Of a stretch of DNA of 64,000 nt, positions 12,903 to 26,510 are shown in pieces. Below the pieces are notes generated by a model. That model saw only the letters and a list, made by a program, of their open reading frames with translations. It did not search any database and was not told the DNA's origin. The stretch is from Veleropilina oligotropha (taxonomy: Eukaryota), in NCBI GenBank assembly GCA_048128005.1, contig JBEUKZ010000070.1, positions 186,001 through 250,000 of the forward strand. The letters are read 5' to 3'. Position numbers and translations under genes: made by a program. Each line of letters opens with the position of its first letter. The stretch's first letter is position 1.

Positions 12903-15023
12903 TATTATGCCCCCGGCTCGACTTTAGTCGGCCAGGGGGCATTATGCTTTTGGTGCGTCCGTCCGTCCGTAACAGATTGAACTCGCCTATCTTTTTCGAT
13001 GTTAATCATGAGCGACCTTCTTCAAACTTAATATGCTATTAGATATAAGTATGAACTATCATGAGTTCGAATATTGAAGGAAAATATTTATTTTTTACAT
13101 TTTTGAACATAGTCTCTGGAGCTTCATTTCTGATCGCATGTCATAAGAAACTCACCTACCTTTTTCGATGTTAATCAATAGCCATCTTCTTCAAACTTCA
13201 TAAGCTGTTATATATAAGTATGGACTATCATGAGTTTGAACAGGGCAATTCCACTGCAAAGTTGTCATAAAGACAAGACCTTATTTCATCTATATTTAAT
13301 CAAATATATGCAATATAAAATATATTTTGCTACCACTTGCACTGTTATACAGTTATAGAAGCACTTCAATAAAAATAAAGTATAGGCAATATTTTTAAAA
13401 TTTACCAAATTTATGTCTTTAAAACAGGATATTTGCTGAATTACCAAAATTAAAGTGGAGGTAGGCACCAATTAAAGATGCTATCTGGTGTGCCTTTGAA
13501 ATTGAATATTTTTAGGCTCTAGTGTGAGCATATTAAAGAGGAATATCTCTTTCAATTTGAACTAACAGCAATTCGACTAAAATTAAAATTAAGTAAAAAA
13601 TTGGTCTTTCTTGGTAAAACACTTCAACAGACAAAAATGTAACGTCAGTTACAAAATCGATGTAACGTAAGTTACGGAGACATTAGTTGCTCTGTTTAAA
13701 CTAATTGGAAATAACTATCTAATTAACCATATATGGGCGGGCATCTATAGACATAAACAGTTACTGTCAAACTAATATTAAATTAGCAACTGTAATATAC
13801 AATATTACGAATAAGACAGTGTCCGAAATACATGTCTGAAAACCTTGACAGAATTATGTAACGTCAGTTACGCAAATATTTGGATCAAATTGGATGCATA
13901 GTCGACAAAAAAAAGATTTGAATGAACCAATATTTAATAAAATTTTATTGGCTTGAGACTGTTGTCATGAAATATCAGCTCTTACATAAAATAGAATTAT
14001 ATATTCTTAAATTTTTTGAAGAAAATGAATATAAATTTGTCTCTGAATGTAACGTCTGTTACGGTGGAATTGCCCAATATTGAATGAAAATATGTATTTT
14101 TACCGCATCTTTCACGCTTTTGGACATAGTCTCTGGAGCTTAATTTCTTATATCATACTATAAGAAACTCACCTATCTTTTTCGATGTTAATCAAGAGCC
14201 ATCTCATTCAAACTTGATAAGCTATTTGATATATGTATGAACTAACATGAGTTCGAATATTGAATGAAAACATTTATTTTTTACCACATTTTTGTACGTT
14301 TTTGAACATAGTCTCTGGAGCTTCATTTCTGATCTCATGCTATTAGAAACTCACCTAACATTTTCAATGTTAATCAAGAGCCATCTTCTTCAAACTTCAT
14401 AAGCTATTATATATAAGTATGAACTATCATGAGTTCGAATGTTGAAAGAAAATATTTATGTTTTACTACAATTTTTACATTTTTGAACATAGTCTCTGGA
14501 GCGTTATTTCTGACCTCATGCTATAAGCAACTCACCTACCTTTTTTGATGTTAATCAATAGCCATCTTCTTCAAACTTCATAAGCTATTTATATAAGTAT
14601 GAACTATCATGAGTTCGAATATTGATAAAAATATTTATTTTTTACTACATTTTTTACGTTTTTGAACATAGTCTCTGGAGCTGTAATAAACTCATATAAT
14701 TTTTCTATGTTAATCAAGAGCCACCTTCAAAATTCATATTCTATTATATATAAGTATGAACTGTCATGAGTTCGAATATGGAATGAAAAATATGTATATG
14801 TAATTTAGTAAGCGGAATCATTATCTTGAATTAACAAGGCTTCGCAAGTTTGGGGATGCATGTGCAAATGCTTTGTGCATTTTATACTTAGTCAGCAGAA
14901 TGATAGAACAAAGACATCATCTTTTCCTTTTATAATGTTTAAGAACAAATATAGTGATGAAGCATCAATGGCTTTGAACATATACTGGGGGCAACTGCAG
15001 TGTCGGTAGACACATTTCTAGTT
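12903..15023 (+). mobile_element. HINE-like element with ~180-bp internal repeats
   Basis: 5' TGCCCCC..GGGGGCA hairpin, (GTCC)n, units spaced 181 and 179 bp (14311, 14492, 14671), 3' GGGGGCA subTIR, hairpin GTGTC-GGTA-GACAC, CTAGTT. Confidence 0.75.
13243..14075. mobile_element. Non-autonomous TIR DNA transposon (possibly Sola2-like) inserted in the HINE array
   Basis: Perfect 12-bp TIR GGGCAATTCCAC / GTGGAATTGCCC, near-TSD AACA/AATA, repeated internal TGTAACGTCAGTTAC motif. It interrupts one 180-bp unit. Confidence 0.65.
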
Positions 15024-15663
15024 GTCAATCATAGTTGCACATGTTAAGATTCTATAAAATTCCCATAATTCTCTGATTGGATCTTGGGTAATTTCAAATG
15101 TGATGGTAATTTGGATTTAATTTTTTCCAATAGAATTCGCTTTATATTTCCCGGTGTCTCGGTGACACATGACCTAATGATAACATGTCAAACTGTCTGG
15201 TTAATTGCTCCATGTAAATGACACCTTTTTAATCCTTTGTTTCAATTCGTCAATAATCAAGTCAAGTTTTAGGTACAATTCTAGGAAGTTTCCTAGTTTG
15301 TTCAATCTGTTGTCAAGGGATTGGGTAACATCGGTCAAACGTCTGTCCAGTTTGTCAACTGTATCTATCAGTTCATTAATACTTTGTCTGTTTTCTGCCA
15401 CGTCATGTCTAATTATTCATAACCCTTAACGCTATCACAGGTCCGTATATTGTGTATATGTTAAAAGACTTGGAGATCATTGAAGATTGGACTGCAATAA
15501 AAAAGGTAGGATTATCAGTGTTTGCCTTTTTTCATAGCATAGTTTATGCCCAAATGAACTAAAATTGTCTGTATTAATTTTAAACCTTTTCTGCTTGAAA
15601 ATGCCTTTAATATGGTCATACCATTACTATAAAATTCCTGCCTCAGCTTTATTTTGCTGAGTA

Positions 15664-17434
15664 ATGTCTATGTCACAAATACAGCGGTAGCCGTGCGATG
15701 GGGGATAATCGTACGGCGTCTCCGCTTTTCCGACATCGGTGTAGAATCGTAGGTTTCTGGCAAAATCTGTGCCATGGTCACATTAGATACGCAGTGTTTG
15801 TAACTCGTCGGGTTTTCCGACAAAAATCGGATTCAGACAATTTTGTCGGATTTGCGTGATTTTGCGTCTTCTGCGTCGGGATTTGATACATTTCCCACTA
15901 ACTTTAAAATTATTACAATTAAAATACAAATACTAGTACGTAAATACTCCGTACATTCCATATGCCAAATATTACGATATTTGTATTCCTGATACTTAAT
16001 CAAACTTGATTTTCTGACATCGTACAAGGGCCGATTTGTACAAGGCTTCTGCCGTACAATTTCCCGATGCTTTTTGTTTACATTGTCCGTCTTTTCCCGA
16101 TGAATCTTTGTCAGCTCGTTTACTTCCGTAATCAATTCATTACCATTGAAACAATGCTCGGGGAAGAGTGCTTTCGTGGTTACCTCCCCTGACAGCACGC
16201 TATTTTAAGCTGGAGTGAAAGTTCGGCGATTCAATGTAACATCAACTTATTCCGTTCTAAAACTTTATTTAAAATTATAAAGCATCGTCTCTCACATGAA
16301 ATAAAATAATGTACAATCATAAGTCAAAATTTAAAAAAATTATTTATTTAACACACTCTCGCGTGATAGGGCCATGCGCGAATTTGAAAGCTGAAGTAAA
16401 AATGGGTTTACACTCCTGCTGGGCCCCGTTTCACAAAAATCGTAGACGTAGTCGTAAATGTAATAGAATATTACGACAATTTTTGATTGGCTGTTTAAGT
16501 TTAACAGCCAGTCAAAAATTGTCGTAACATTCTATTACGTCTACGACTACGTCTACGATTTTTTGTGAAACGGGGCCCAGCGCCAGATTTATTGAAGACG
16601 GTCGACCCAAATGGTGGTTTGTATGGTGATTGGATTGTGAAAAAGACTCATTTAACGTACCTTGTGTGTTTTGTATGTCAAATATATGCATTAAAGAGGG
16701 TGAAAAGGCACTTTACAATTAAATTTTGATGTGTGGGTGTCGCAATAATTTTACAAACATATCAATACCGAGTTGAGCTTGGTTGCAGAAGTTGTGAGCA
16801 TTACATGTATTACTGCGTTTTGGTAAGAAAACAGCAGAAATGAACCATATAATTGAAAAACTTTAATGTGCATGTGCTAACCTTGTAAAATATATAAAAT
16901 TTTATACTAAGTATTTGAGTGAAATATGCCTGAAGTGCCAGGAAACACCATTTTATAAGGTATATTTGTCAAAATTTCCTTCACCGCGGGGAACCATGGC
17001 ATGGGCCCCGCGGTGAAAAGTAGGATATTTATGTTGTCAATGTTACAAACACTGGATACGGTGTCGTACGGACTAACACAATTTTGTGGGTGGTCAAATT
17101 GTGTGGACATCATAAGGTGACATTACGACTTCCGTAAGGTCACTTTACGATGTCCGCATTTTGTCCCGATATCGTAAGGATGCCCTACGGGCTTCCTATG
17201 ATCTCTTACGAGTAAGGTAACCGCAATTACGATATGCCTGAGATGATTTCCTGATTTTAAAAATCGTACGATCTTCTGAAAATTATAACTTCGCGTTAAA
17301 AGTTGCCGATGACCCTACGAAGCCCAAAATATCACTGATGTCCGCAGGATGTCGCAGATGTCCGTACGACATCTTCAAAAACATACATCGTACTGGCGCC
17401 ATATCCGCTTATGATTTATTTGTGACATAGGCAT
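15664..17434. mobile_element. Non-autonomous TIR DNA transposon with TA target duplication
   Basis: TIR ATG(T/C)CTATGTCACAAATA at both ends, flanked by TA (15662-15663 and 17435-17436). Superfamily not assigned. Confidence 0.7.
16419..16580. mobile_element. Palindromic MITE (Harbinger-like termini)
   Basis: Near-perfect fold-back CTGGGCCCCGTTTCACAAAAATCGTAG...CTACGATTTTTTGTGAAACGGGGCCCAG. Related termini occur at ~48897 and 49270-49430. Confidence 0.8.
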
Positions 17435-19022
17435 TACCAATCTTGGGTATGTTTACAGGTTTACAAGCAAATTTATAAACAGCATCTGACGTGATATTAT
17501 TGTTGTTATTTAAGCAAATTTGTTAATGGATTCCATATATAAATTTTCTTTTAGAAGTTTGGATATGAACCAAATATTACAGTATTTCCACCAAAAATAC
17601 TATGTTGAGCATTTATATTGAATTGGAAACAGTGTAATGTTCTATGATTGTTATTCATCAGTGATCTTATTACGTTTTAGGCAATAAAACAACAAACACA
17701 GCGCAAGAAAACCGACTGTAAGTATTTCCTGTGCAGTTTGTAATCATTCTCTGCACACCATTGGTACACTAGCGCTTCATTTAATGTTTCATTTCCAAAG
17801 ATGGGCTAGACAAATCACAATCTTATTATGTCTCCCCATCCAAGGATGGGAGAGACATATTGTTTTACACTCCGTTCTCATTCTCTTTCTCCTCCTTCTT
17901 CCTCACTTTTCTTGTCCGGATTAGATCTCAGGTCCTATACATGCCAGCTTTATTTCCTTTTGTAAATTAAACCGTCCAAGCATGCCATTGTGCTTTTTGG
18001 CAAAATTTCACGAAAACGACTTTCGACCTTGATGTAATGACCTTTGACCCCGATATCGTGTCCGGCCTGGTTCTTGGAGACTTCAAATCTTATCCTTCTA
18101 ATTTCTTTGTAGATGCATGGCCTACACCCCAAGCATGTGTAGGGTGCTAAAATTTTGCATCTTTGACCTTGGCGCTGTGACCTTAATAAACAATTTTTGG
18201 GCATTTTTATTTTTATTATTTTCGCCAAATGTATTCTTGAAGGTGAGTACATTATATAACAATGTTCAATTTTGTTGTTCGGTCAAAGGTCAAGGTCACA
18301 GAGGCAAAATGTACTTTCTCTAAAACACACCTTGTCTGGGCTAGATCTCAGTTCCTATACATGCCAGCCTGATTTTCTTTGGTATGTTAAACCGCCCTAT
18401 CATGCCATTGTGCTTTTTATGCCCCCTAAACGAAGTTTTGTGGCATTTAGTGTTGCACACGTCCGTCCGAACTTCGTTTCCGGGCTATAACTTTACAACG
18501 CCTTCATGGATTTCAATGAAATTTGGTATGCAAGTGGATGATCATAATAGCTAAGAGAAGTTCGATTAAGGTAAAATTCCGAATTTCCATTAAGGAGTTA
18601 TGCCCCTTGATTCACTTGGAAACATTTTTTCCTTTCCGGGCGGTAACTTGAGAATGCCTTCATGGATTTACATTAAATTTGGTATTCACGTGTATGATCA
18701 AAATACCGAAGTGAAGTTCGATTTCGGTAACATTCCGAATTTCAATAAAGGAGTTATGCCCCTTGATTCACTTGGAAACATTTTTTCCTTTCCGGGCAGT
18801 AACTTGAGAATGCCTTCATGGATTTACATTAAATTTGGTATTCCATGTATGATCATAATACCTAAGTGAAGTTCGATTTCGGTAACATTCCGAATTTCCA
18901 TAAAGGAGTTATGCCCCTTGATTCACTTGGAAACATTTTTTCATTTCCGGGCGGTAACTTGAAAATGCCTTCATGGATTTACAAGAAAATTGATATTCAT
19001 GTGTATGATTGTAATGGCAAAG

Positions 19023-19445
19023 CAGGGCTCGATTTATATGGTAGTCCTGGAGCCCCAGGCTCCTAGAAATGGCACGGGGCTCCTAGATTATATTGTGAGG
19101 TAGTCATTCTGGCTCCTATAAATTTGTAAGCACTTCATAGGATTTAGATGAATCTGAATATGTAATAAACATGATATTCTCTTATTATTACAAATTTTCA
19201 GCATAAAAGACTGATAAACTGAGTCAAGAAAGAAGTCTATAATGATTATAATATTTGTTTTGAGATATTACGTGGAATCCATAGTGAATCCCTTTCGTAT
19301 CATATATATGGGAGATGAAATTAATGTTGTAGAAATAGCACGAGCATAATATTAGAAGGGCTCCTTAAATTTAGTGTGGGCTCCTAGATTTGAAATGCTA
19401 GGAGCCCCATGGGCTCCTGGATTTAAAATGCTAAATCCAGCACTG
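19023..19445. mobile_element. MITE with CAG termini and 5-bp TSD (hAT5-like)
   Basis: TIR CAGGGCTCGATTTA / TAAATCCAGCACTG, flanked by CAAAG at 19018-19022 and 19446-19450. Confidence 0.7.
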
Positions 19446-19645
19446 CAAAGTGCAGTTCGATTTCAGTGAAATTCCCATGTTCCTTAAGGGAGTTATGCCC
19501 CTTGATTCACTTGGAAACATTTTTTCATGAATTTACATTAAATTTGGTATTCACGTGTATGATCGTAATGGCTAAGTGCAGTTCGATTTCGGTAAAATTC
19601 CCATGTTCCATATGGGAGTTATGCCCCTTGATTCACTTTGAAACA

Positions 19646-20096
19646 TTTTTGGCCCGCCTTCTAAAGGCAGGGCTATAGGCGTGTACTGGCGTCCGTCGTC
19701 CGTCGCCTGATGCTTTCTGTCACATAGAAGATGAACCGCTGGACTTACTCCTTTCATATTTGGTATACATCTTATATACCATCAGGCCTAGCCCAAGTTC
19801 AAAGATGGGGTCGCTGGGTCAAAGGTCAAGGTCATTTTCGTGTATTTCCGTTCTGGCACTTCGAAGATTGCTTTCTGTCACATAGAAGATGAACCGCTGG
19901 ACCTACAGCTTTCATCTTGGGTATGCACCTTGTATACCATCAGGCCTTGGTTAAGTTCAAAAATGGAGTCTCTGGGTCAAAGGTCAAGGTCATTTTCGTG
20001 CACTTTGAAGATATAGAGTTATTGATTATTTTCCTCTCTATGGATTTATATATCCAAAAGGCTTGAGGATTATATATGAGGATTATACCTCTAGTT
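19646..20096 (+). mobile_element. Second copy of the 156-bp-repeat HINE family seen at 1961-4945
   Basis: Same 5' TTGGCCCGCC..GGCAGGGCTATAG, same repeat unit and same 3' ATACCTCTAGTT end, inserted in a T run. Confidence 0.8.
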
Positions 20097-20319
20097 TCAT
20101 TTCCTGGCGGTAACTTCAGAATGCCTTCATGGATTTAAATTAAATTTAATATTCACGTGTATGATCATAATAGCTAAGTGGAGTTAGAATTCAGTGACAT
20201 TCCGCCTTCACATAAGGGAGTTATGTCCCTTCATCAACATGCAATTGTTTTTCCATTTCCGGCCGATAACTTGATAATGCCTTCATGGATATAAATTAAA
20301 TTTGGTATACACGTGTAAT

Positions 20320-20664
20320 ATGTATAGGTTACTAACCGAGTTGGAGGTATTCATCGATTTGAAAGACCTGCGCCCGTGCGGATCGTGACACCGAGACCGC
20401 GGAGCGGTCGAGGTGTTACAGCACGGAAGCAGGTCTTTCAAATAGATGAATACCGACTAACGAGGTTTGTAACCGACTTACACAACGGCCAATTATAGCT
20501 CCTTTGTTGTCAATTTAGCTTGTGATCAGCTTGCACGGACGCAGGTCGGTATAGAGTGAAAAGTAGGTTGGTATGGCTATACCACCCTACTTTTGAATCG
20601 TCATTGAAAACAAGGTGTTCACGCTGAATACCAACCTCTTTAAAACAAAAGAGCCATTGTGTAA
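20320..20664. mobile_element. Insertion with central hairpin (Crypton-like non-autonomous element, tentative)
   Basis: Absent from the sister copy (~28970). Bounded by GTGTAA direct repeats, with inverted arms around CCGAGACCGC-GGA-GCGGTCGAGG. Confidence 0.45.
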
Positions 20665-20775
20665 CATTGGAAATAAATTTTATGCCCGGTCCCCTGCAAA
20701 ACGAAGTATGGAGAGCATTTATTGTTACACATGTTTGTCCCTCGAATGAATGCTTTAGATTCTGCGCTATATTAA

Positions 20776-21119
20776 AGGGACAGGGTCTGCTTCAGATCGC
20801 TAAATACTATTAAACACCATTTAATGTAACACTTTCTATATGTATTCATTGTCTAAAGTTGGGATGGTTTACATATTACCACATTCTGAAAAAGAATTGG
20901 ACAATTAATAAAAAGTGATTTTTATTTAAATTTTGATTAAAAAGCGTACGCCTTTTAATCAAAATTTAAATAAAAATAACTTTTTATTAAATGTCCAATT
21001 TTTTTCCAGAATGTGGTCATATGTAAACCATCCCAACTTTAGACAATGAATACATACAAAACGTGTTCGATTAAATGGTGTTTAATAGTATTTAGCGATC
21101 AGAAGCAGACCCTGTCCCT
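20776..21119. mobile_element. Palindromic MITE with TTAA target duplication (Kolobok-like)
   Basis: TTAA|AGGGACAGGGTCTGCTTC...GAAGCAGACCCTGTCCCT|TTAA; the whole element folds back. The empty site is visible in the sister copy at ~29080. Confidence 0.85.
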
Positions 21120-22696
21120 TTAAGGCATTCATGGATTCAAAATAAATTAATTTGATATACACATGTATATCAAAATATCTAAGTGGAGTTTCATTTCTAT
21201 AAATTCCCAACTTCATTTAGGAGACATAGGACATTAATTATTAATTTAATTTTGTTTTCAATTCTGGATGAATATAGGTGTATACTTATTCATACATTGT
21301 TAAATGCGTAAATGCAATGTTAAGAGAGTTATGGCTGTTTACTTCGAATTTCTTTCATTCCTGGGCAGTTGTTTCAGCGGTGGCATTTGTGTCACTCTGA
21401 CATATCTAGTTGGTTAACTTTCGCGAAAACAACTTTCGACCTTGATGTAATGACCTTTGACCCCCAAAATCATGTCCGGCCTGGTTCTCTGAGACGTCAA
21501 ATCTTATCCTTATAATTTCTTTGTAGATGCATGGCCCACACTTCAAGCATGTGCAGGGCGCTAAAATTTTGTACCTTTGACCTTGGTACTGTGACCTTGA
21601 TTAACAATTTCCATATTTGGGCATTTGTATATTTTATTTTCTTAATTTTTTTTCACCAAATTTATTCCTGAGGGTGAAAACATTATACAACGTTACAATG
21701 TTCAATTTGTTGTTCGGTCAGGGGTCAAAATGTACTTTCTCTAACACACACTTGCCCGGGCTATATCTCAGGTACTATACAGGCCAGCATGATTTCATTT
21801 GGTATGTTAAACCGCCCTATCTTGCCATTGTGCTTTTCGGCCGAATTTTGCGGAAACGACCTTTTGAACAGAAAATCATGTCCGGCCTGGTCAAGTCTTA
21901 TCCTTCTAATTTCTTTGAAGATGCATGGCCCACACTTGAAGCATGTGCAGGGCACTAAATTTTGTCCTTTTGACCTTCATAAAAAAATTCCATATTTGGG
22001 CATTATCATATTTTATTGTGTTCTTCATTATTTTCCGCCAACTTTTCTCCTGTGGGTGAGTACATTATATAACAATGTTCAGTTTTGTTGTTCGGTCAAA
22101 GGTCAGGGTCACAGAGGTCAAAATGTACTTTCCTGATTCCATATTTCGACATTTTTATATTTTATTGTTTCCTTAATTATTTTTCACCAAATTTCTCCAT
22201 GAGGGTGAGTACATTATATAAGTGTTTAATTTTGTTGTTCGGTCAAAGGTCAAGGTCAGAGGTCAAAATGTACTTTCCTGATACACACCTTGTCCGGGTT
22301 AGATCTCGGGTCCTATGCATGCCAGCATCATTTCCTGTGATATGCTATATTCCCTTAACGTGCCATTGTGCAAGGAGGCGTAATTTTCCCAAAATGATCT
22401 CTGACCTTGCCGTAATGACCTTGAACCTACTAAAATTCTTGTCATCTTCATAGGTTCCCATGCCTTGAACGTGAATGGTGTAAATATTCAGGACATTTGC
22501 ATAAATCCAACCATTTCGTCAAATATATTTATACTCTTTCAGTTCATGACTTTCCAAACTTCATGAGGGTCTCAATATGGAGTGATTCCTCTTATATGGG
22601 GAGACATATGTTTTTGTTCACACAAAAACAACTCCTCTAGTTTATGTTTGTGCTAAGTAATACTATGCAATGAAAATCACTCGTCAATGTTGAAAT

Positions 22697-22967
22697 GGAG
22701 GCCGCTTCGACAGCGCAGTGGGTAAGAGTGTCCACTCTAAATTCACTGGCTTGATTCCGCTAATGCGAACAGTAGTGGGTTCAATACCTGGCAGAGGCAT
22801 TGACATTTGTTCAAGTTATGAATCACAGTTGTCCGTGACTGGCCGAAGAGGGTGGGTTTACCCGGGCGACCGGGGTTTCCTCCCGCAATAACACGGACAT
22901 ATCCTGCCTTGAACCTCGATGTTGTAAATATACAGGACGTTAAGCATCATTCCTCCCTCCCTCCCTC
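22697..22967 (+). mobile_element. tRNA-derived SINE
   Basis: A-box-like AGCGCAGTGG, B-box GGTTCAATACC, central GGTGGGTTTACCCGGGCGACCGGGGTTTCCTCCC, (TCCC)n tail. A related partial copy lies at ~49431-49600. Confidence 0.7.
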
Positions 22968-23499
22968 AATGTTGATTCATGAAATGATTGATGTGGTGTT
23001 TATCCAGTGAGCATCGCTCTGTGACGGAGCGTTGCTCTCTGTTTTACTCTATGTATTTTTCCTGATCAGCCTTGCATTTGTAAGCATGATGGGAGTAATG
23101 TAGTCATTCTCTGGATAACAGTTTTATTATGAGCATCTTCTCTTTTCAGTTGTTCACTGACGTTATTTTGTGAAGGTTGTGAATAAGAATATTTGGAGAA
23201 ATCGATCATGAATGGTTTAATCCGAAGCAAGGATTGTATAGAACAATGCGACCAATGAGATACAGCGTGATGCCATCAGCGAGGATCTCCTCAGCATCTG
23301 GCATAAGCATAGAGTGCAGCCCTAGACAACGCGGCTTGTTCAAGAACCAACGGCGATAGCAGTATTATAAGTTGTGGGATGACTTTGTTGCAACTGTTTA
23401 TCTGAAGTATGACATAAGGAAGGTATCATATTTATAATATAAAAATTTTGTATATATATTTTCATTTATTTCAACAAATATATTTTCACGAAGTTAACA

Positions 23500-24730
23500 C
23501 TAATGATCCTTGTTTTGTGAACTATATTCTTAAAGATGCTGATTCCACTTTGGTATGTGCATTGGTTGGGGCGAGGACACGACACCTATAAAATTTGGGT
23601 GTGGTCCGCCCTCCAAGATGGCCGCTGTAGCCTCCATCTTGAATTTTAAGCAGAATTCCTCGTGATCGCTCTAGGCAGGCCGTTTCTTACGGAATGTTTT
23701 CAAATTTGGTATGTGCATTGGTTGGGGCGAGTACACGACACCTATAGAATTTGTGTGTGGTCCGCCCTCCAGGATGGCCGCTGTGGCCTCCATCTTGGAT
23801 TTTAAGCATAATTCCTTGTAATCGCTCGAAACGGGCCATTTCTTAATGGAATGTTTTCAAATTTGGTATGTGCATTGGTTGAGGCGAGGACACGACACCT
23901 ATATATTTTGGGTCACATGACCTCAATATTTTGGCGACCATCTTGAATTTCATATGAAAACTATTTCTTTTATAAATTTGTTAATATTTAACCTAACGTG
24001 ACATGATTTATATATGCAGATATCATATTGTCGAAAATGTCATGGAAGTGGATTTTTTATTTTTAAATTTAATCGGCGGTCATTTTAGATTTAAATTTTA
24101 AGGGTCTTTAAAATACCTATATCTTGAAAATGATGCAACGTAGACACATGGTCACTATGGGAAATCATGGTTGGGCTTTCAAATGGCACCATGACCTTTG
24201 ACTTCAGATGACTTACAAATTTGTTCTAAATGACCTAATTAAGGAAAAATGGTTATATGTTGCCTATAGTGGATAAAGTGAACTCCTATTGACGTATGTA
24301 GTCGACATTTACCAATTATGCCAGATAAAATTGAAAATCAGGAAGTGCCTCGGCAATATATCAAAAGGATGCACCGTGGACACATAGTTACTATGGGAAG
24401 TCATGGTTGATCTTTCACATGTGACCTTGGCCTTTGACCTCAGTTGACCTACATTGCAGGAAATGACCTAATTAAGGAAAAAGACATATGTTTGCCAGGA
24501 AATGGCCAACTCGGTTAATATTGATGCTACAGCTTACATATTTTAAATTAGGAACAAATGTTTTTTCGAAAAAACGAACAAAATGGCTATAGATTTTGGG
24601 TGTGGTCCAACCTCCAAGATGGCGGCTGTGACCTCCATCTTTGATTTTAAGCATAATTCCTTGTGATCTCTCTAGACAGGTCATTACCAGGGGATACATA
24701 TGCGGTCACTCGTGACTGAGCGTCTAGTTT
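23500..24730 (+). mobile_element. HINE-like element (5'-truncated) with CAAGATGGCCGC-containing ~155-bp repeats
   Basis: Repeated GGTCCGCCCTCCAAGATGGCCGC units, 3' hairpin CGGTCAC-TC-GTGACTG and CTAGTTT. Confidence 0.6.
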
Positions 24731-26333
24731 TCACCCCTGATGAGTATTTACTCATCATTTTGAAATGTTGTGAGTAACGGCAAATGCTGATGAGTAAATG
24801 TACTCATAAATTTTAGAACCTATGAGTAAAACGTTTAAATGACTAGTAAATGATGCCGATCTGGGAAAATACACCCGACTTTGCCGGTTATGGACGACCA
24901 TGATGGATATTTTCGAGGAGTCTTCGAAATATAGACAACATTGAAGTATGTTTCTTATTCTTTCACATTTCATAATCATACAATGTTTTCAGAATCAAAG
25001 TGCTCTAACCACATTGATGTACATCATACATGTACATAATAATCTCCAACGATATGGACATGTCTCATATTACCTAAAATCTTAGCAGAACAATAAACTT
25101 AACAAAATAAACAATCAATGTTTTATTTTATAGACTCTCATATAGAACATGCAATAACTGTTCCTCTTGACACAACAAGAGACTAGAACATCATTAATTT
25201 GTAACATTGTTAATATTAAATTGCTGCAATTGAATAAAGTGTATGAAACAAACAACACCAAACATTTGACAGGGAGAAGAGACTTCTCTTTTGAGGGACA
25301 ACATTGAGAGGTTAGGCATCGCAGGGATAAGTGATTTTTTGTGGAAAGTGAATAACTGTGATACATGTACAAAATAAATATTTGACAATAATGAGCAATT
25401 ATATTTTGAGGATACCGTATAAAAAGATTATTTTGTCAATATTTTACAGCACGTTTTAATAGTTTTCGAACAAGTACAGGAATGTGAGCATATGTTGATT
25501 GGATTGACTGGCGGTCGTAGATGTATTTTTGTTTGTAAGGTTAAAATTTGATAAATCATGACAAATCAAAGCAAAAGGTATGTATTTGAATGACTATTAA
25601 TTGATTTACTATCAAAACAATAGGGAAATTCAACTTCTAAGATGACAGTGTGTTTCTGTAAATTTTCACCTAATTACCTCCGACTACCACACAAGTCCGC
25701 CTTTGATTAAACCGTACATATTAACATCGCGCCGTCTTCCATTGCTTTAGTGTTAACTTTTAATCCGTAAGGAATTGCTTTGTCGGCAACCTTGAGGTTT
25801 TTATTAACAACATCATTAATGGTTGGGCTTACGACTTTTCCGCGGAAATTGATCATGCGACAGTTTAAAAGCTCAAGACACTGCCTTGCTTTGACCATTT
25901 CGTGTCGACATTTTGATGTATCAAGCGGACGATTGTAAAAGTAATTTCATTGGCTGGAAGTTGATTATTGGACCAATACGATTGCTTCTTTCATAGGAGT
26001 TTTGCTGACCATATGAGTTACCCCCCTTATGTCGATCAGGATTTTCGGACAATTCCCGTGCAGTAGCGATTGTGATTGATATTCATCTGTGACACAGGAG
26101 CTGTCTTGTATGCAATGATTATTTTATCTATGCGTATTTATTAAAAGACATGCGTAAGTGATACGCACATATTACAAACATCCTGCGTAATGACGCAAAA
26201 ACCATGCATAATATACACAAATACGCATGCTATCTAGAGCCCTGTATAATTATGTCTATGACTGAAGCGATTATCTAATAATTGGAATATGTTTTGCTGA
26301 ATTTTAACTAGCGAATCATCAACTGAGCAGGTA

Positions 26334-26510
26334 ATTAATACACACAATACCCCATTAATACACACAATACCCCATTAATACACACAATACCCCATTAATA
26401 CACACAATACCCCATTAATACACAATACCCCATTAATACACACAATACCCCATTAATACACACAATACCCCATTAATACACACAATACCCCATTAATACA
26501 CACAAGACCC
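26334..26510. repeat. Minisatellite, 20-bp unit ATTAATACACACAATACCCC, about 9 copies
   Basis: Direct inspection. Confidence 0.95.

Larger units (their letters stand above)
18414..21411 (+). mobile_element. HINE-like element family B with ~155-bp repeats, nested in family A
   Basis: Starts TTTTTATGCCCC..GTCCGTCCG, units at 18600, 18756 and 18911, ends TGTCACTCTGACA..CTAGTT. An uninterrupted sister copy lies at 28556-29407. Confidence 0.8.
17823..22642 (+). mobile_element. HINE-like element family A (host of nested insertions)
   Basis: subTIR ATGTCTCCCCA / TGGGGAGACAT, 3' hairpin GTTTTTGT-TCAC-ACAAAAAC, CTAGTT. A second, inverted copy lies at 34926-36198. Confidence 0.8.

Noticed and set aside
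22697..22800. Possible tRNA gene
   Set aside because: A and B boxes are present but I cannot fold a cloverleaf, and the sequence continues into a SINE body with a microsatellite tail.
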